64,000 bases of DNA from Vulcanimicrobiota bacterium (GTDB lineage Bacteria > Vulcanimicrobiota > Xenobia > Xenobiales > JADMJV01): the NCBI GenBank assembly GCA_050250895.1, contig JBFWNU010000009.1, forward strand, positions 166,488 through 230,487, in the 5' to 3' direction. The notes beneath the pieces are model-generated. The model was given only the letters and a program-made list of their open reading frames with translations, was not told the origin of the DNA and did not search any database. This document shows positions 18,112-27,500 of this stretch, piece after piece. The position numbers were made by a program, and so were the translations under genes. Each line of letters opens with the position of its first letter. Positions within the stretch are counted from its first letter, which is position 1.

Positions 18112-20453
18112 TGGCCCTGCACCTGTCCGACACTTCCGAACAGGTCAAGCGCCGGGCCATGGACCTGACCCGAAAATGGAAGCACTTCTTCCTCAGCACC
18201 GAGCACTACCTCTGCGCCGCCTGCATCGAAGACCCGGGTTGTGAACGCTGGTTGACAGGCCAGGGCCTGAGCATCGAGGATTTCGAAGAGGCCGTGCTCA
18301 AGCTCGTGCCCGAGGGCGACGAGACTCCCATCTGGGAGGGCATTCCCGAGTCGCCGCGCATGCGCCGGGTATTGACCAAGCTGGCCCAGGCCGAAGCGGA
18401 GGCCCAAAAAGCCATGCGGGTCGAGCCTCGCCACATCATCGCTGGCATCATGCGCGACGGCAAAGGCATTGCCGTGCGGGTCATCGAGGAGTTGGGGCGC
18501 AACCCCAAGGCGGCGGTCGAGCAACTCGGCGGCGGTTCGTCGCCGGCTGGGGGCAACGGCTCGGGACGTCCGGCCGCGACCTCTGAGCCCGACCGCCGAG
18601 GTCGCGACGGCAACAAGAAAGAGAAGTTTCTCACCAAGTATTCGCGCGATCTCATCGAGGTAGCCCGCAACGGCAAGATGGATCCCGTCATCGGCCGCAA
18701 CGACGAGGTGCGGCGGGTGCTGCAGATCCTGACCCGCAAGACCAAGTCCAATCCTGTGCTCATCGGCGAAGCCGGAGTCGGCAAGACGGCCGTGGCCTGG
18801 GGTCTGGCCCAGCGTATCGTATCCGGGACCGTGCCCGACGCCCTCAAAGAGCGCCGCCTGCTCGAACTGAGCCTCTCCTCGATGGTGGCCGGGGCCAAGC
18901 ACCGGGGCGAATTCGAAGAGCGCCTCGAGGGAGTCGTCAAAGAGGTCCTCAACGACCCCTCCATCATCCTTTTCATCGACGAGATCCACCAGCTGGTAGG
19001 GGCCGGCGACTCGCGCGGGGGCATGGACGCCAGCAACATCCTCAAGCCTGCCCTGGCCCGGGGTGAGCTTTGTGTGCTGGGAGCCACCACTACCGACGAA
19101 TACCGACGCTACATCGAAAAGGATCCTGCCCTCGAGCGTCGCTTCCAACCGGTGCTGGTCAGCGAACCCTCAGAAGAGGACGCCCTGGAGATTCTCAAGG
19201 GTCTCAAAGGCCGCTACGAATCCCATCACGGAGCCACTTTCACCGACGAGGCCCTGCTAGCCGCGGTCAAGCTTTCGGTCCGTTTTTTGCCCGACCGCAA
19301 CCTGCCCGACAAGGCCATCGACCTCATCGACGAAGCCGCGGCGCGGGTCAAGACCCGCTCGGGAGTGTTCGGTCCCGAGGCTAAATTCGAGGTCACCGAT
19401 GATATTGTGGCCGAGGTGGTGGCCGACTGGACCGGCATCCCGGTCAGTCGCATGACGCAAGAAGAGTCAGCCCGCCTGCTCGACATGGAAAACCTGCTGG
19501 CCAAACGGGTGGTGGGCCAGGACCACGCCGTGATGGCAGTGGCTCAGACCATCCGGGTGGTGCGGGTGGGACTGACCTCGCCCAACCGACCCGGCGGAGT
19601 CTTCTTCTTCCTGGGTCCCAGCGGCGTGGGCAAGACCGAACTGGCCAAAGCTCTGGCCGAGTTTCTCTTCGGCAACGCCAACGAGATGGTGCGCCTGGAT
19701 ATGTCCGAGTACCACGACAAACACTCCATGTCGCGCCTGATCGGCTCGCCCCCTGGCTATGTGGGTCACGACGAAGAAGGCCAACTGACCCGGGCGGTGC
19801 GCACCAAACCCTACTCGGTGGTGCTGCTCGACGAGGTCGAAAAAGCCCATCCAGAGGTCTTCGACCTGTTTCTACAGGTGTTTGACGACGGACGCCTGAC
19901 CGACTCCAAGGGCCGCACCGTCAACTTCACCAACACCATTATCGTCATGACCTCGAACCTGGGAGCCCGCGAGGCCATGGAGCGGCAGGTTCCTAACCAG
20001 GGTTCCACCGGTCAACTCGACGAGATGCCCGGAGTCTATCAGAACGCACTGCGCAACCACTTTCGCCCCGAGTTTCTCAACCGAGTCGACGAGATCGTGG
20101 TCTTCCGAGCCCTCGAGCGCAAAGACCTGGTAGGCATCGTGCAGATCCATCTCGGTCGCCTGGTCAAGACCATCAAGGAACAGCGCAGCATTCACCTCGA
20201 CATCCGTCCCTCGGCAGTCGAGTTTATCCTGGAACACGGCTACCAGCCCCAGTTCGGAGCCCGACCCTTGCAGCGGGCCATCAACACGCACCTATCCCGG
20301 CCCCTGGCCGAAGAACTGCTGCGCAACCCCCCCGAAGCCGGCAGCACGCTGGTAGTCGAACGACAAGAGGACAAGCTGGTCTTCTTGCCCAACGCCCAGG
20401 CCAACTTCGAGGGTGACACCATCGGCCCGGGGGGCTTCGACGATGAGGATTAA
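18111..20453 (+). CDS. Hsp100/Clp ATPase (Clp N-domain plus two AAA+ modules)
   Basis: GEAGVGKT, FIDEIH, LPDKAIDLIDEA, GPSGVGKT, LLDEVEKAH, GARPL; GTG start overlaps the rlmD stop. Confidence 0.93.
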   Translation: MALHLSDTSEQVKRRAMDLTRKWKHFFLSTEHYLCAACIEDPGCERWLTGQGLSIEDFEEAVLKLVPEGDETPIWEGIPESPRMRRVLTKLAQAEAEAQKAMRVEPRHIIAGIMRDGKGIAVRVIEELGRNPKAAVEQLGGGSSPAGGNGSGRPAATSEPDRRGRDGNKKEKFLTKYSRDLIEVARNGKMDPVIGRNDEVRRVLQILTRKTKSNPVLIGEAGVGKTAVAWGLAQRIVSGTVPDALKERRLLELSLSSMVAGAKHRGEFEERLEGVVKEVLNDPSIILFIDEIHQLVGAGDSRGGMDASNILKPALARGELCVLGATTTDEYRRYIEKDPALERRFQPVLVSEPSEEDALEILKGLKGRYESHHGATFTDEALLAAVKLSVRFLPDRNLPDKAIDLIDEAAARVKTRSGVFGPEAKFEVTDDIVAEVVADWTGIPVSRMTQEESARLLDMENLLAKRVVGQDHAVMAVAQTIRVVRVGLTSPNRPGGVFFFLGPSGVGKTELAKALAEFLFGNANEMVRLDMSEYHDKHSMSRLIGSPPGYVGHDEEGQLTRAVRTKPYSVVLLDEVEKAHPEVFDLFLQVFDDGRLTDSKGRTVNFTNTIIVMTSNLGAREAMERQVPNQGSTGQLDEMPGVYQNALRNHFRPEFLNRVDEIVVFRALERKDLVGIVQIHLGRLVKTIKEQRSIHLDIRPSAVEFILEHGYQPQFGARPLQRAINTHLSRPLAEELLRNPPEAGSTLVVERQEDKLVFLPNAQANFEGDTIGPGGFDDED

Positions 20454-20727
20454 GCTCGAGGTACTCAGTGGTCCCATGGACGGCCACATTTTTCAGTTCA
20501 ACTCCAGCAGCGACATCGGGCGCGAGGGCCAGCTGAAGTTGCCCGTCGACCGCTTCATCTCGCGCCGCCACGCCCGCATTGAATTGCAGGGTCCGAACGT
20601 CTTTCTCGAGGACCTGCGCTCGACCAACGGCACCTTCATCGACGACGCCCGCCTCGAAGGCCGGGCCGAACTCTCCAATGGCAAAGTCTTCAGAATCGGA
20701 CGGACGTGGCTCGAGATTACCTGGTAA
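20443..20727 (+). CDS. stand-alone FHA domain protein
   Basis: IGR, SRRHARI and DLRSTNGTFI are the FHA core motifs. Confidence 0.92.
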   Translation: MRIKLEVLSGPMDGHIFQFNSSSDIGREGQLKLPVDRFISRRHARIELQGPNVFLEDLRSTNGTFIDDARLEGRAELSNGKVFRIGRTWLEITW

Positions 20728-22301
20728 AGCTGCTGTTGGGGGTCGCACTCCTGGGTCTGGCTCGCGCTGGTCAGGCCGACACTCTAGCTTATCGAGAAGC
20801 CGGACTGACCCGCCGCGAGGCGGCCGCTCATCTGCTCAGTCGCTTCACCTTCGGCGCCCGCCCCGGCGAGGTCGACCAGGTGCTGGCCATGGGCTTAGAC
20901 AAGTGGCTCGACCAGCAACTCGACGGGGACCAGCCCGAGCCGCCCTATCCCGGTACCGACAACAACTACGGCAATCTGCGTGGCAACAAGCTCAACCGGG
21001 CCCTCAACTCGCCCAACCAGCTGCGCGAGGTGCTCACCGACTTCTGGTTCAACCACTTCAACGTCTCGGCCCGCGGTCGGGTCAACCAGGTCGTCACCGA
21101 TTACGAAGCCCAGATCCGCAAAGCCAGCCTGGGCAACTTTCGCGAGCTGCTGGGCACCACCGCCCATCATCCGGCCATGCTGATCTATCTCAACAACGAC
21201 CAGTCACGCGCCCCGCCACCGGGCGAAACCCTGAGAGTCGAGGAGGACCCCTTCGGCTACGGGCCGGCCTCGCGGGCCCACCGGCGGCCCACCGACCCCC
21301 TCGGTTACGGCCCACCCAGGCGCGTCGAGGTCAGCCTGCCCAGCCTGACCACTCCCAACCGGCGAGGCATCAACGAGAACTATGCCCGCGAACTGATGGA
21401 GTTGCACACCCTCGGGGTCGACGGCGGCTATCGCCAGCAGGATGTCATCGAGGTGGCCCGGGTGCTGACCGGCTGGACGGTCGAGGGCACCCCCCCCACC
21501 TTTCGCTATAACGACGACCTTCACGACAACGGCACCAAGACGGTCCTGCACCGCACCATCCATCCGGCCGGCCAGAAGGAAGGCGAGCAGGTGCTCGACC
21601 TTCTTTGCGGCGATCAGGCCACCGCCCGTCACGTCTGCCGCAAACTGGCCGTGCGCTTTGTCTCGGACCACCCTTCCGAAGAGCTGGTGCGGCGCTTGGC
21701 CCGCCGCTATCTCGGTACCGGAGGCAACATTCGTCTGGTCCTTCGCGAACTGGTGGCCCAACCAGAGTTCTGGCGCTCGCGGCGCCAAAAGGTGAAGAGC
21801 CCCTTCGAGGTAGTGGCCAGCGCCCTGCGAGCCCTCGACGCCAGGGTCGACAACTATAACGCGGCCGTGTCGCAAGTCGAGCAGATGGGTCAGGCCCTCT
21901 ATCAATACGAGGCGCCCACGGGCTTCCCCGACCGGGCCGATTTCTGGATCAACCCCGGCTCGCTGGTGGCCCGCATGACCTTCGGCCTGGATCTGGCCGA
22001 AGGGCGGGTAGGCGGAACGAAGGTCGACCTCGAGAAGCTGGTCCCAGCCAAACAGGCCACTTCCGCCCGCGAGGCCCTGCGCTATCAGGCCGAGACCCTG
22101 TTGCCCGACCGCCCCATCGAACCCATGCTAAAAGACCTGGTTCCCTCGCTGGAAGACCCCGACTTTGCCCAACGAGTCCGCAACAAGCGCAAAGGCGCCA
22201 AGCCCTCGCCCCGCTCCAAGCAGCGCCCCAAGGCCAAAGATTTCGACTCCAAGCTCGTGCTCGGCATCCTGCTTGGCTCGCCCGAGTTTCAGCGACGCTA
22301 G
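20706..22301 (+). CDS. DUF1800 family protein
   Basis: HLLSRFTFG, FWFNHFNVS, AMLIYLNN, NENYARELMELHTLGV, C-terminal SPEFQRR. Confidence 0.92.
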   Translation: MARDYLVKLLLGVALLGLARAGQADTLAYREAGLTRREAAAHLLSRFTFGARPGEVDQVLAMGLDKWLDQQLDGDQPEPPYPGTDNNYGNLRGNKLNRALNSPNQLREVLTDFWFNHFNVSARGRVNQVVTDYEAQIRKASLGNFRELLGTTAHHPAMLIYLNNDQSRAPPPGETLRVEEDPFGYGPASRAHRRPTDPLGYGPPRRVEVSLPSLTTPNRRGINENYARELMELHTLGVDGGYRQQDVIEVARVLTGWTVEGTPPTFRYNDDLHDNGTKTVLHRTIHPAGQKEGEQVLDLLCGDQATARHVCRKLAVRFVSDHPSEELVRRLARRYLGTGGNIRLVLRELVAQPEFWRSRRQKVKSPFEVVASALRALDARVDNYNAAVSQVEQMGQALYQYEAPTGFPDRADFWINPGSLVARMTFGLDLAEGRVGGTKVDLEKLVPAKQATSAREALRYQAETLLPDRPIEPMLKDLVPSLEDPDFAQRVRNKRKGAKPSPRSKQRPKAKDFDSKLVLGILLGSPEFQRR

Positions 22302-22439
22302 CTCGGAGAGGCACCTCGCTGACGCTCGGAGAGGGGAGCCTCGCTGACGCTCGGAGAGGGGAGCCTCGCTGACGCTCGGAGAGGGGAGCCTCGCTGACGC
22401 TCGGAGAGGGGAGCCTCGCTGACGCTCGGAGGGGGGAGC
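22302..22439. repeat. 25-bp tandem repeat CTCGGAGAGGGGAGCCTCGCTGACG (4 perfect copies, 1 variant, 1 partial)
   Basis: Head-to-tail copies at 22325, 22350, 22375 and 22400; one further copy near 23482-23512. Confidence 0.92.
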
Positions 22440-22463
22440 GAAGCTCGCTTTGGCTCGCTTCGA

Positions 22464-22820
22464 GGATTGGACAGGCGGCCTGCGGCCGCAACCCTTCGGG
22501 CGGCGAAGCCGCCTCATAATTGACGACGCGCAGCGTCGAGTACCTCAAGAACTCGAGCCGTAGCGCAGCGTAGGCTCGCTCCCAACTCGAGGCGCAGCCT
22601 CGCTCCCATCTCCGGGCGCAGCCGGCTCCCATCTCGATGACAAAGTCATCGCTCCCCTCTCGAGGCAACCCTTCGGGCGGCGAAGCCGCCTCATAATTGA
22701 CGACGCGCAGCGTCGAGTATCTCAAAAACTCGAGCCGTAGCGCAGCGTAGGCTCGCTCCCATCTCTGGGCCCCAGCCCAGCTCCCATCTCGATGACAAAG
22801 TCATCGCTCCCCTCTCCGAC
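22464..22820. repeat. mosaic hairpin array, family B (left block)
   Basis: ~97-nt core GCAACCCTTCGGGCGGCGAAGCCGCC...GACGACGCGCAGCGTCGAG...GTAGGCTCGCTCCCA at 22488 and 22665, plus short hairpin modules. Confidence 0.9.
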
Positions 22821-23134
22821 CTCGCCTCTGCCGGTGAGAGCTTCTCATAGAGACTGAGCAAGCCCCGGACGGCGCGGCCTACCGTAAACTGCTGTTGATG
22901 TAAGTAAGCAATTCCGGCGTGCTCCCGATCGCCAGCTGCCATGGCGAGGAAATCCTCGTCCTGCGTAAACAGAATCCGGCCTTGGAGCCTGGCAAATTCC
23001 AGCTGATCGATGTCGGTTGCACTGATTCGTCCGGCCTCGCCCGTTGTGAGGACGTCTATTCCTCTTCGACGAAGACCTCCGGCCACAGCCGGGTCGACCA
23101 TTTCGTCGAGATAGAACCGAGGTTGGTCAGGCAC
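22691..23134 (-). CDS. DUF5615/PIN-like toxin; C-terminus runs into repeat DNA
   Basis: RFYLDEMVD...LRRRGIDVLT...DIDQLEFA...RILFTQDEDF...HAGIA; GTG at 23134 overlaps the partner gene. Confidence 0.85.
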   Translation of the reverse strand: MPDQPRFYLDEMVDPAVAGGLRRRGIDVLTTGEAGRISATDIDQLEFARLQGRILFTQDEDFLAMAAGDREHAGIAYLHQQQFTVGRAVRGLLSLYEKLSPAEARSERGAMTLSSRWELGWGPEMGASLRCATARVFEILDAARRQL

Positions 23135-23408
23135 TTCGTGAGTCGGGCATCGCTTCTGGGCGAAGCTGGTCGGCCACGTCGAGACTGCGACGGATGTCCT
23201 CGCGAATCTCGTCAAGGTTGGCAAAATAGTATGCTAAGGCAGCGTGGACCTGACTCAGGTCAAGTCCATACATGTGCGCGATCTCGTCAGGGCTCTTGCC
23301 ATGTCTTTCGCTCATCAGCGCGACATCTAGCACTCGAATTCTGTGGCCCTTTATGCAAGGACGACCTCCACACACGCCGGGAGTCCTGGTGATAAACTCT
23401 GACAACAT
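23127..23408 (-). CDS. DUF433 antitoxin
   Basis: ITRTPGVCGGRPCIKGHRIRV...EIA..YGLDLSQVHAALAYY; ATG at 23408 lies 7 nt after TGc-TACAAT. Confidence 0.92.
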   Translation of the reverse strand: MLSEFITRTPGVCGGRPCIKGHRIRVLDVALMSERHGKSPDEIAHMYGLDLSQVHAALAYYFANLDEIREDIRRSLDVADQLRPEAMPDSRSA

Positions 23409-23459
23409 TAGGCCCATTGTAGCATAAGACGACTACCTCGCACCTGGCTCCGGGCAGGA

Positions 23460-24444
23460 GAGGGGAGCCGGCCTGTGGCCGGAGGGGGGAGCCTCGCTGA
23501 CGCTCGGAGAGGGGATTGGACAGGCGGCCTGCGGCCGCAACCCTTCGGGCGGCGAAGCCGCCTCATAATTGACGACGCGCAGCGTCGAGTACCTCAAAAA
23601 CTCGAGCCGTAGCGCAGCGTAGGCTCGCTCCCAACTCGAGGCGCAGCCTCGCTCCCATCTCTGGGCCCCAGCCCAGCTCCCTTCTCGATGACAACGTCAT
23701 CGCTCCCCTCTCGAGGCCGCAACCCTTCGGGCGGCGAAGCCGCCTCATAATTGACGACGCGCAGCGTCGAGTACCTCAAAAACTCGAGCCGTAGCGCAGC
23801 GTAGGCTCGCTCCCATCTCGAGGCGTAGCCTCGTTCCCATCTCGAGGCGTAGCCTCGTTCCCATCTCGAGGCGCAGCCTCGCTCCCATCTCGATGACAAA
23901 GTCATCGCTCCCCTCTCGAGGCAACCCTTCGGGCGGCGAAGCCGCCCCATATTGACGACGCGCAGCGTCGAGTACCTCAAAAACTCGAGCCGTAGCGCAG
24001 CGTAGGCTCGCTCCCAACTCGAGGCGCAGCCTCGCTCCCATCTCCGGGCGCAGCCGGCTCCCATCTCCGGGCGCAGCCGGCTCCCATCTCGATGACAAAG
24101 TCATCGCTCCCCTCTCGAGGCAACCCTTCGGGCGGCGAAGCCGCCTCATAATTGACGACGCGCAGCGTCGAGTATCTCAAAAACTCGAGCCGTAGCGCAG
24201 CGTAGGCTCGCTCCCATCTCGAGGCGCAGCCTCGCTCCCATCTCCGGGCGCAGCCGGCTCCCATCTCGATGACAAAGTCATCGCTCCCCTCTCGAGGCCG
24301 CAGGCCTCGTCGCTCCCATCTCGAGGCGTAGCCTCGTTCCCATCTCGATGACACAGTCATCGCTCCCATCTCTGGGCCCCAGCCCAGCTCCCTTCTCGAT
24401 GACAACGTCATCGCTCCCCTCTCGAGGCCGCAGGCCTCGCTCCC
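23460..24444. repeat. mosaic hairpin array, family B (right block)
   Basis: Core at 23537, 23719, 23921 and 24120, separated by shuffled 23-26 nt hairpin modules. Confidence 0.92.
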
Positions 24445-24465
24445 AGCGGGCCCGAAAGCCGGCCC

Positions 24466-26934
24466 GTGTCAACCGCCCAGCGAATCGTGGACTGGTGCCG
24501 GCGCCATCCGGCCATTTTCTCGCTGCTGTTCTCACTGAGCCTGGCCCTGGCCCTGATGCACAAGTTGCTGCTCGGCCAGACCTATCTGCCCACCGACGTG
24601 CTGCTCGACTATCCTTTCTGGTATGACTGGGTGAGCCACCCCAAGAACTTCGACCTGTTCGACGTCATCATCTTGTTCTATCCCCACGATCTGGTCTATC
24701 ACCAGCAGTTGAACCAGGGCCACCTCTTCTTCTGGAACCCCTACAACTATCTTGGCCACCCGGTCTTCGCCGACGGCAAGTCGGCGATGCTCTATCCGGT
24801 CAGGGTTCTGCTCAACATGGTGTGGTCAACCCACCGAGCTCACGACCTCTATCTGCTGCTGCACCTGACTCTACTCGGAGTGGCCACCAGCTGGCTGTTA
24901 CGGCGGCTCGAGCTTTCGCTGTTCGGAGCCACGGTCGGGGCCAGCACCTGGATGCTCAGCGGCTTTGTCATGGGCTGGCTCGAGCACGAGCACGCGGTGA
25001 CCTTTTCGGCCTGGTTGCCGGTAGCGCTGGGCTTGTTGCACCAAGGTTTTAACGAGCGGCGACCAGCCCGATTGATGATGGCCTCGCTGGTGCTGGGCAT
25101 GCTCGGCTTTGCCGGCTCGGTCCAACTGGTGGCCTACGTGCTACTATTTTGCGGGTTCTGGGGGTTGTACTGGTGGTGGCAGAGCGGGCGCAAACCGGCT
25201 TTGCTGGCCTGGTTCGCCGTGGCTATGGCCCTGCCGCTGCCCCTGGCCGGGGTGCAACTGCTGCCGACCATGGAATTGGTGGCCCGTTGCTCACGGCCTC
25301 CGGCCCATCTCGAAATGCTCATCGCTGCCTACCGCCAGCTCTTGCTGGGCCTGCCGGCCAGCCTGCTCGCCCCCGATTTCATGGGCAACCCGGTGGACGG
25401 ATTCGCGCTGCGGCGCATCTGGGCCGGCAACTACTGGACCTACTCCGAGACCTATGCCTATGTGGGAGTGATGCCGCTGTTGCTGGCCGGACTGAGCTGG
25501 AGTTCACGGCGGGATCGAGCCTGGCGCTTTTTCGCCGCGGCCCTGGTGCTGCTGGTGGTGGTACCGGCCTCGCCGCTGTGGGCTGTTCCTTTCCACCTGC
25601 TGCCGGGTTTTCAGCAGACCATGCCCACTCGGCTGCTGATGTTCATCGACTTTTGCCTGGCCGTACTGGCCGCCTACGGAGCCCACGACCTGGTCGCCGG
25701 CAAAGCCCGCGGGATGGGCTCGATGGCCCTGGTGGCCTGCGGCTTCTGCCTGGCCTGGCTGGGAGTGGTGCAGTATGTGGTCTCGCACCTGAGGCCTTTC
25801 CTGGAATGGATGGTGCGCAGCGGGGCGGTGCGACTTCCCGACCCGGACGCGGCGGGTCCCAACTGGGTCCCGGCGGTGGTCTCGGAAGCCACCGGTTTTT
25901 ATTCATGGAGCAACCCCGTCCTGTGGCTTCCGGCCATGTGGTTGGGACTGGCCGCGTTGGTGCTTTTCTGCTGGTCGAGGAGCCTTTTCTCGCGCCAGTT
26001 CCTGATTCTGCTCACCCTCTTCCTGGTGGCGGCCGATCCGCTCTATTACGCTGTCCGCTTCAACGTGGCCAACCCCGTCGAGACCCTCTATCCGCCTACT
26101 CCGGTCAGTTCGTTTCTGCAACGACAACCCGGCTATCATCGCGTCATGGGGCTGGGCACGCTCAAGCCCAACACCGGTATGCCCTACGGTCTGCACGATG
26201 TGGGCGGGGTCGACTCGCTTTTTCCCGACCACATCACCAGGTTCGTCACCGCCCTCGAACTCGGGCCCGGGGCACCCCCTCGCAAGGTTTTCAACAACCA
26301 GCTGTTTCCCATCAGTAACGCTCACTCGCCCCTGCTCGATCTGGCCGGCGTACGCTTCTTGCTCACCTATCCCAGGCCCAACCTGCCGCCCAGATTCGAG
26401 CACCGCCACGGGCGCTATCTCCAGGTCTGGGAAAATCCCAACGCCCTGCCCATCGTGTGGTCGGCCCCCCGAGCCGTGCCGGTACAAAGCTTCGAGCAGG
26501 CACTCGACCAGCTCAACCGCGAGGGTCTCGACTATCGCCAGCAAGTGCTGGTCGAGGGGCTCGAGACCGAGGAATCCTCCCAGACTTTCGCGGTCGAGGT
26601 CCAGGAGTGGTCGCCGGGGCTCATGCGCTGCCGGGTCGAGGCTCCAGAAGGAGGCTGGCTGGTCTTTAGCGAGACTCACTATCCCGGTTGGAAGGCCTCT
26701 CTCGACGGCCAGCGGCTGCCGGTCTATCCAGCCAACGCCCTGTTCATGGCCACGCGCTTGCCTGCAGGCGCTCAGGGAACGGTGGAGTTTCGCTTCGAGC
26801 CCGATAGCTTCCGCCGTGGCCTGGTGGTCAGTGGCCTGGCGGGGCTGGTCTGGCTGGTGTTGCTGGGACTAGCGTTTCGGCTGACAGACCGAGTAGGTGA
26901 GCCTGGCTCCGCGCAGGCGAGTGTCGCGAGTTAG
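24466..26934 (+). CDS. YfhO-family polytopic membrane protein (GT-C-like)
   Basis: FFWNPYNYLGHP, many TMs, QLLPTMEL, C-terminal LVFSETHYPGWKA..DG...ANALF...VEFRFEP. Confidence 0.88.
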   Translation: MSTAQRIVDWCRRHPAIFSLLFSLSLALALMHKLLLGQTYLPTDVLLDYPFWYDWVSHPKNFDLFDVIILFYPHDLVYHQQLNQGHLFFWNPYNYLGHPVFADGKSAMLYPVRVLLNMVWSTHRAHDLYLLLHLTLLGVATSWLLRRLELSLFGATVGASTWMLSGFVMGWLEHEHAVTFSAWLPVALGLLHQGFNERRPARLMMASLVLGMLGFAGSVQLVAYVLLFCGFWGLYWWWQSGRKPALLAWFAVAMALPLPLAGVQLLPTMELVARCSRPPAHLEMLIAAYRQLLLGLPASLLAPDFMGNPVDGFALRRIWAGNYWTYSETYAYVGVMPLLLAGLSWSSRRDRAWRFFAAALVLLVVVPASPLWAVPFHLLPGFQQTMPTRLLMFIDFCLAVLAAYGAHDLVAGKARGMGSMALVACGFCLAWLGVVQYVVSHLRPFLEWMVRSGAVRLPDPDAAGPNWVPAVVSEATGFYSWSNPVLWLPAMWLGLAALVLFCWSRSLFSRQFLILLTLFLVAADPLYYAVRFNVANPVETLYPPTPVSSFLQRQPGYHRVMGLGTLKPNTGMPYGLHDVGGVDSLFPDHITRFVTALELGPGAPPRKVFNNQLFPISNAHSPLLDLAGVRFLLTYPRPNLPPRFEHRHGRYLQVWENPNALPIVWSAPRAVPVQSFEQALDQLNREGLDYRQQVLVEGLETEESSQTFAVEVQEWSPGLMRCRVEAPEGGWLVFSETHYPGWKASLDGQRLPVYPANALFMATRLPAGAQGTVEFRFEPDSFRRGLVVSGLAGLVWLVLLGLAFRLTDRVGEPGSAQASVAS

Positions 26935-27447
26935 CAAGCTCTGGCAGTCGTAAAGGCCTTCGAGGGGAGCCAGGTGGCCGCGGATGGGCCGAAAGATATA
27001 GTCGCCTCGATCCAGGTGAAGGAAGATGCGCTGAAACCAGTTCGAGCGCTCGGGGTCGGGGTCGACCACCCCCACCGGCCCGCCCACCAACCGGTGCAGG
27101 CGTTGGCCCAGTTGCCCGACCTGCTCTTCCGAAAGGTGATGCAGGGCGCACACCACCAGCGCCTTGGAATACTCGCCTTCGACCACCTGAATGTCGCCGT
27201 GGACGAAACTGACTCCGGGGCGGCCGTAGAGCTTGCGAGCATAGTCGATATAGCCCTCGTCGACGTCGAGCCCGACATATTCGACTCCGTTGCCGGCCAG
27301 ACAGCTGGCCTCCCCTACCCCACAACCCACATCCAGCAATCGGTCGCCGGGCCGCAACTCGAGTAAGCGGTGGAATTCGGCGAAATAGTTGCCGTTGACC
27401 AAACGGCGCAGATAGTGAAAGACGAACGGCACGTTTAGCAACTGCAT
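26869..27447 (-). CDS. class I SAM-dependent methyltransferase
   Basis: LLDVGCGVG, GLDVD, ALHHL. Confidence 0.85.
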   Translation of the reverse strand: MQLLNVPFVFHYLRRLVNGNYFAEFHRLLELRPGDRLLDVGCGVGEASCLAGNGVEYVGLDVDEGYIDYARKLYGRPGVSFVHGDIQVVEGEYSKALVVCALHHLSEEQVGQLGQRLHRLVGGPVGVVDPDPERSNWFQRIFLHLDRGDYIFRPIRGHLAPLEGLYDCQSLLTRDTRLRGARLTYSVCQPKR

Positions 27448-27500
27448 TCCGGGGCGTTCGGCGGTGAAGGGACCCTCTCCCGTTCGCAGAAAGCTGGCCC

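Noticed and set aside
18111-20727. Type VI secretion locus (ClpV + FHA)
   Set aside because: No tssB/C, hcp, vgrG or baseplate genes nearby.
22302-24444. Possible CRISPR array
   Set aside because: The 25-bp repeats are head-to-tail without spacers, the segments between the long cores are reused modules rather than unique spacers, and there are no cas genes in the window.
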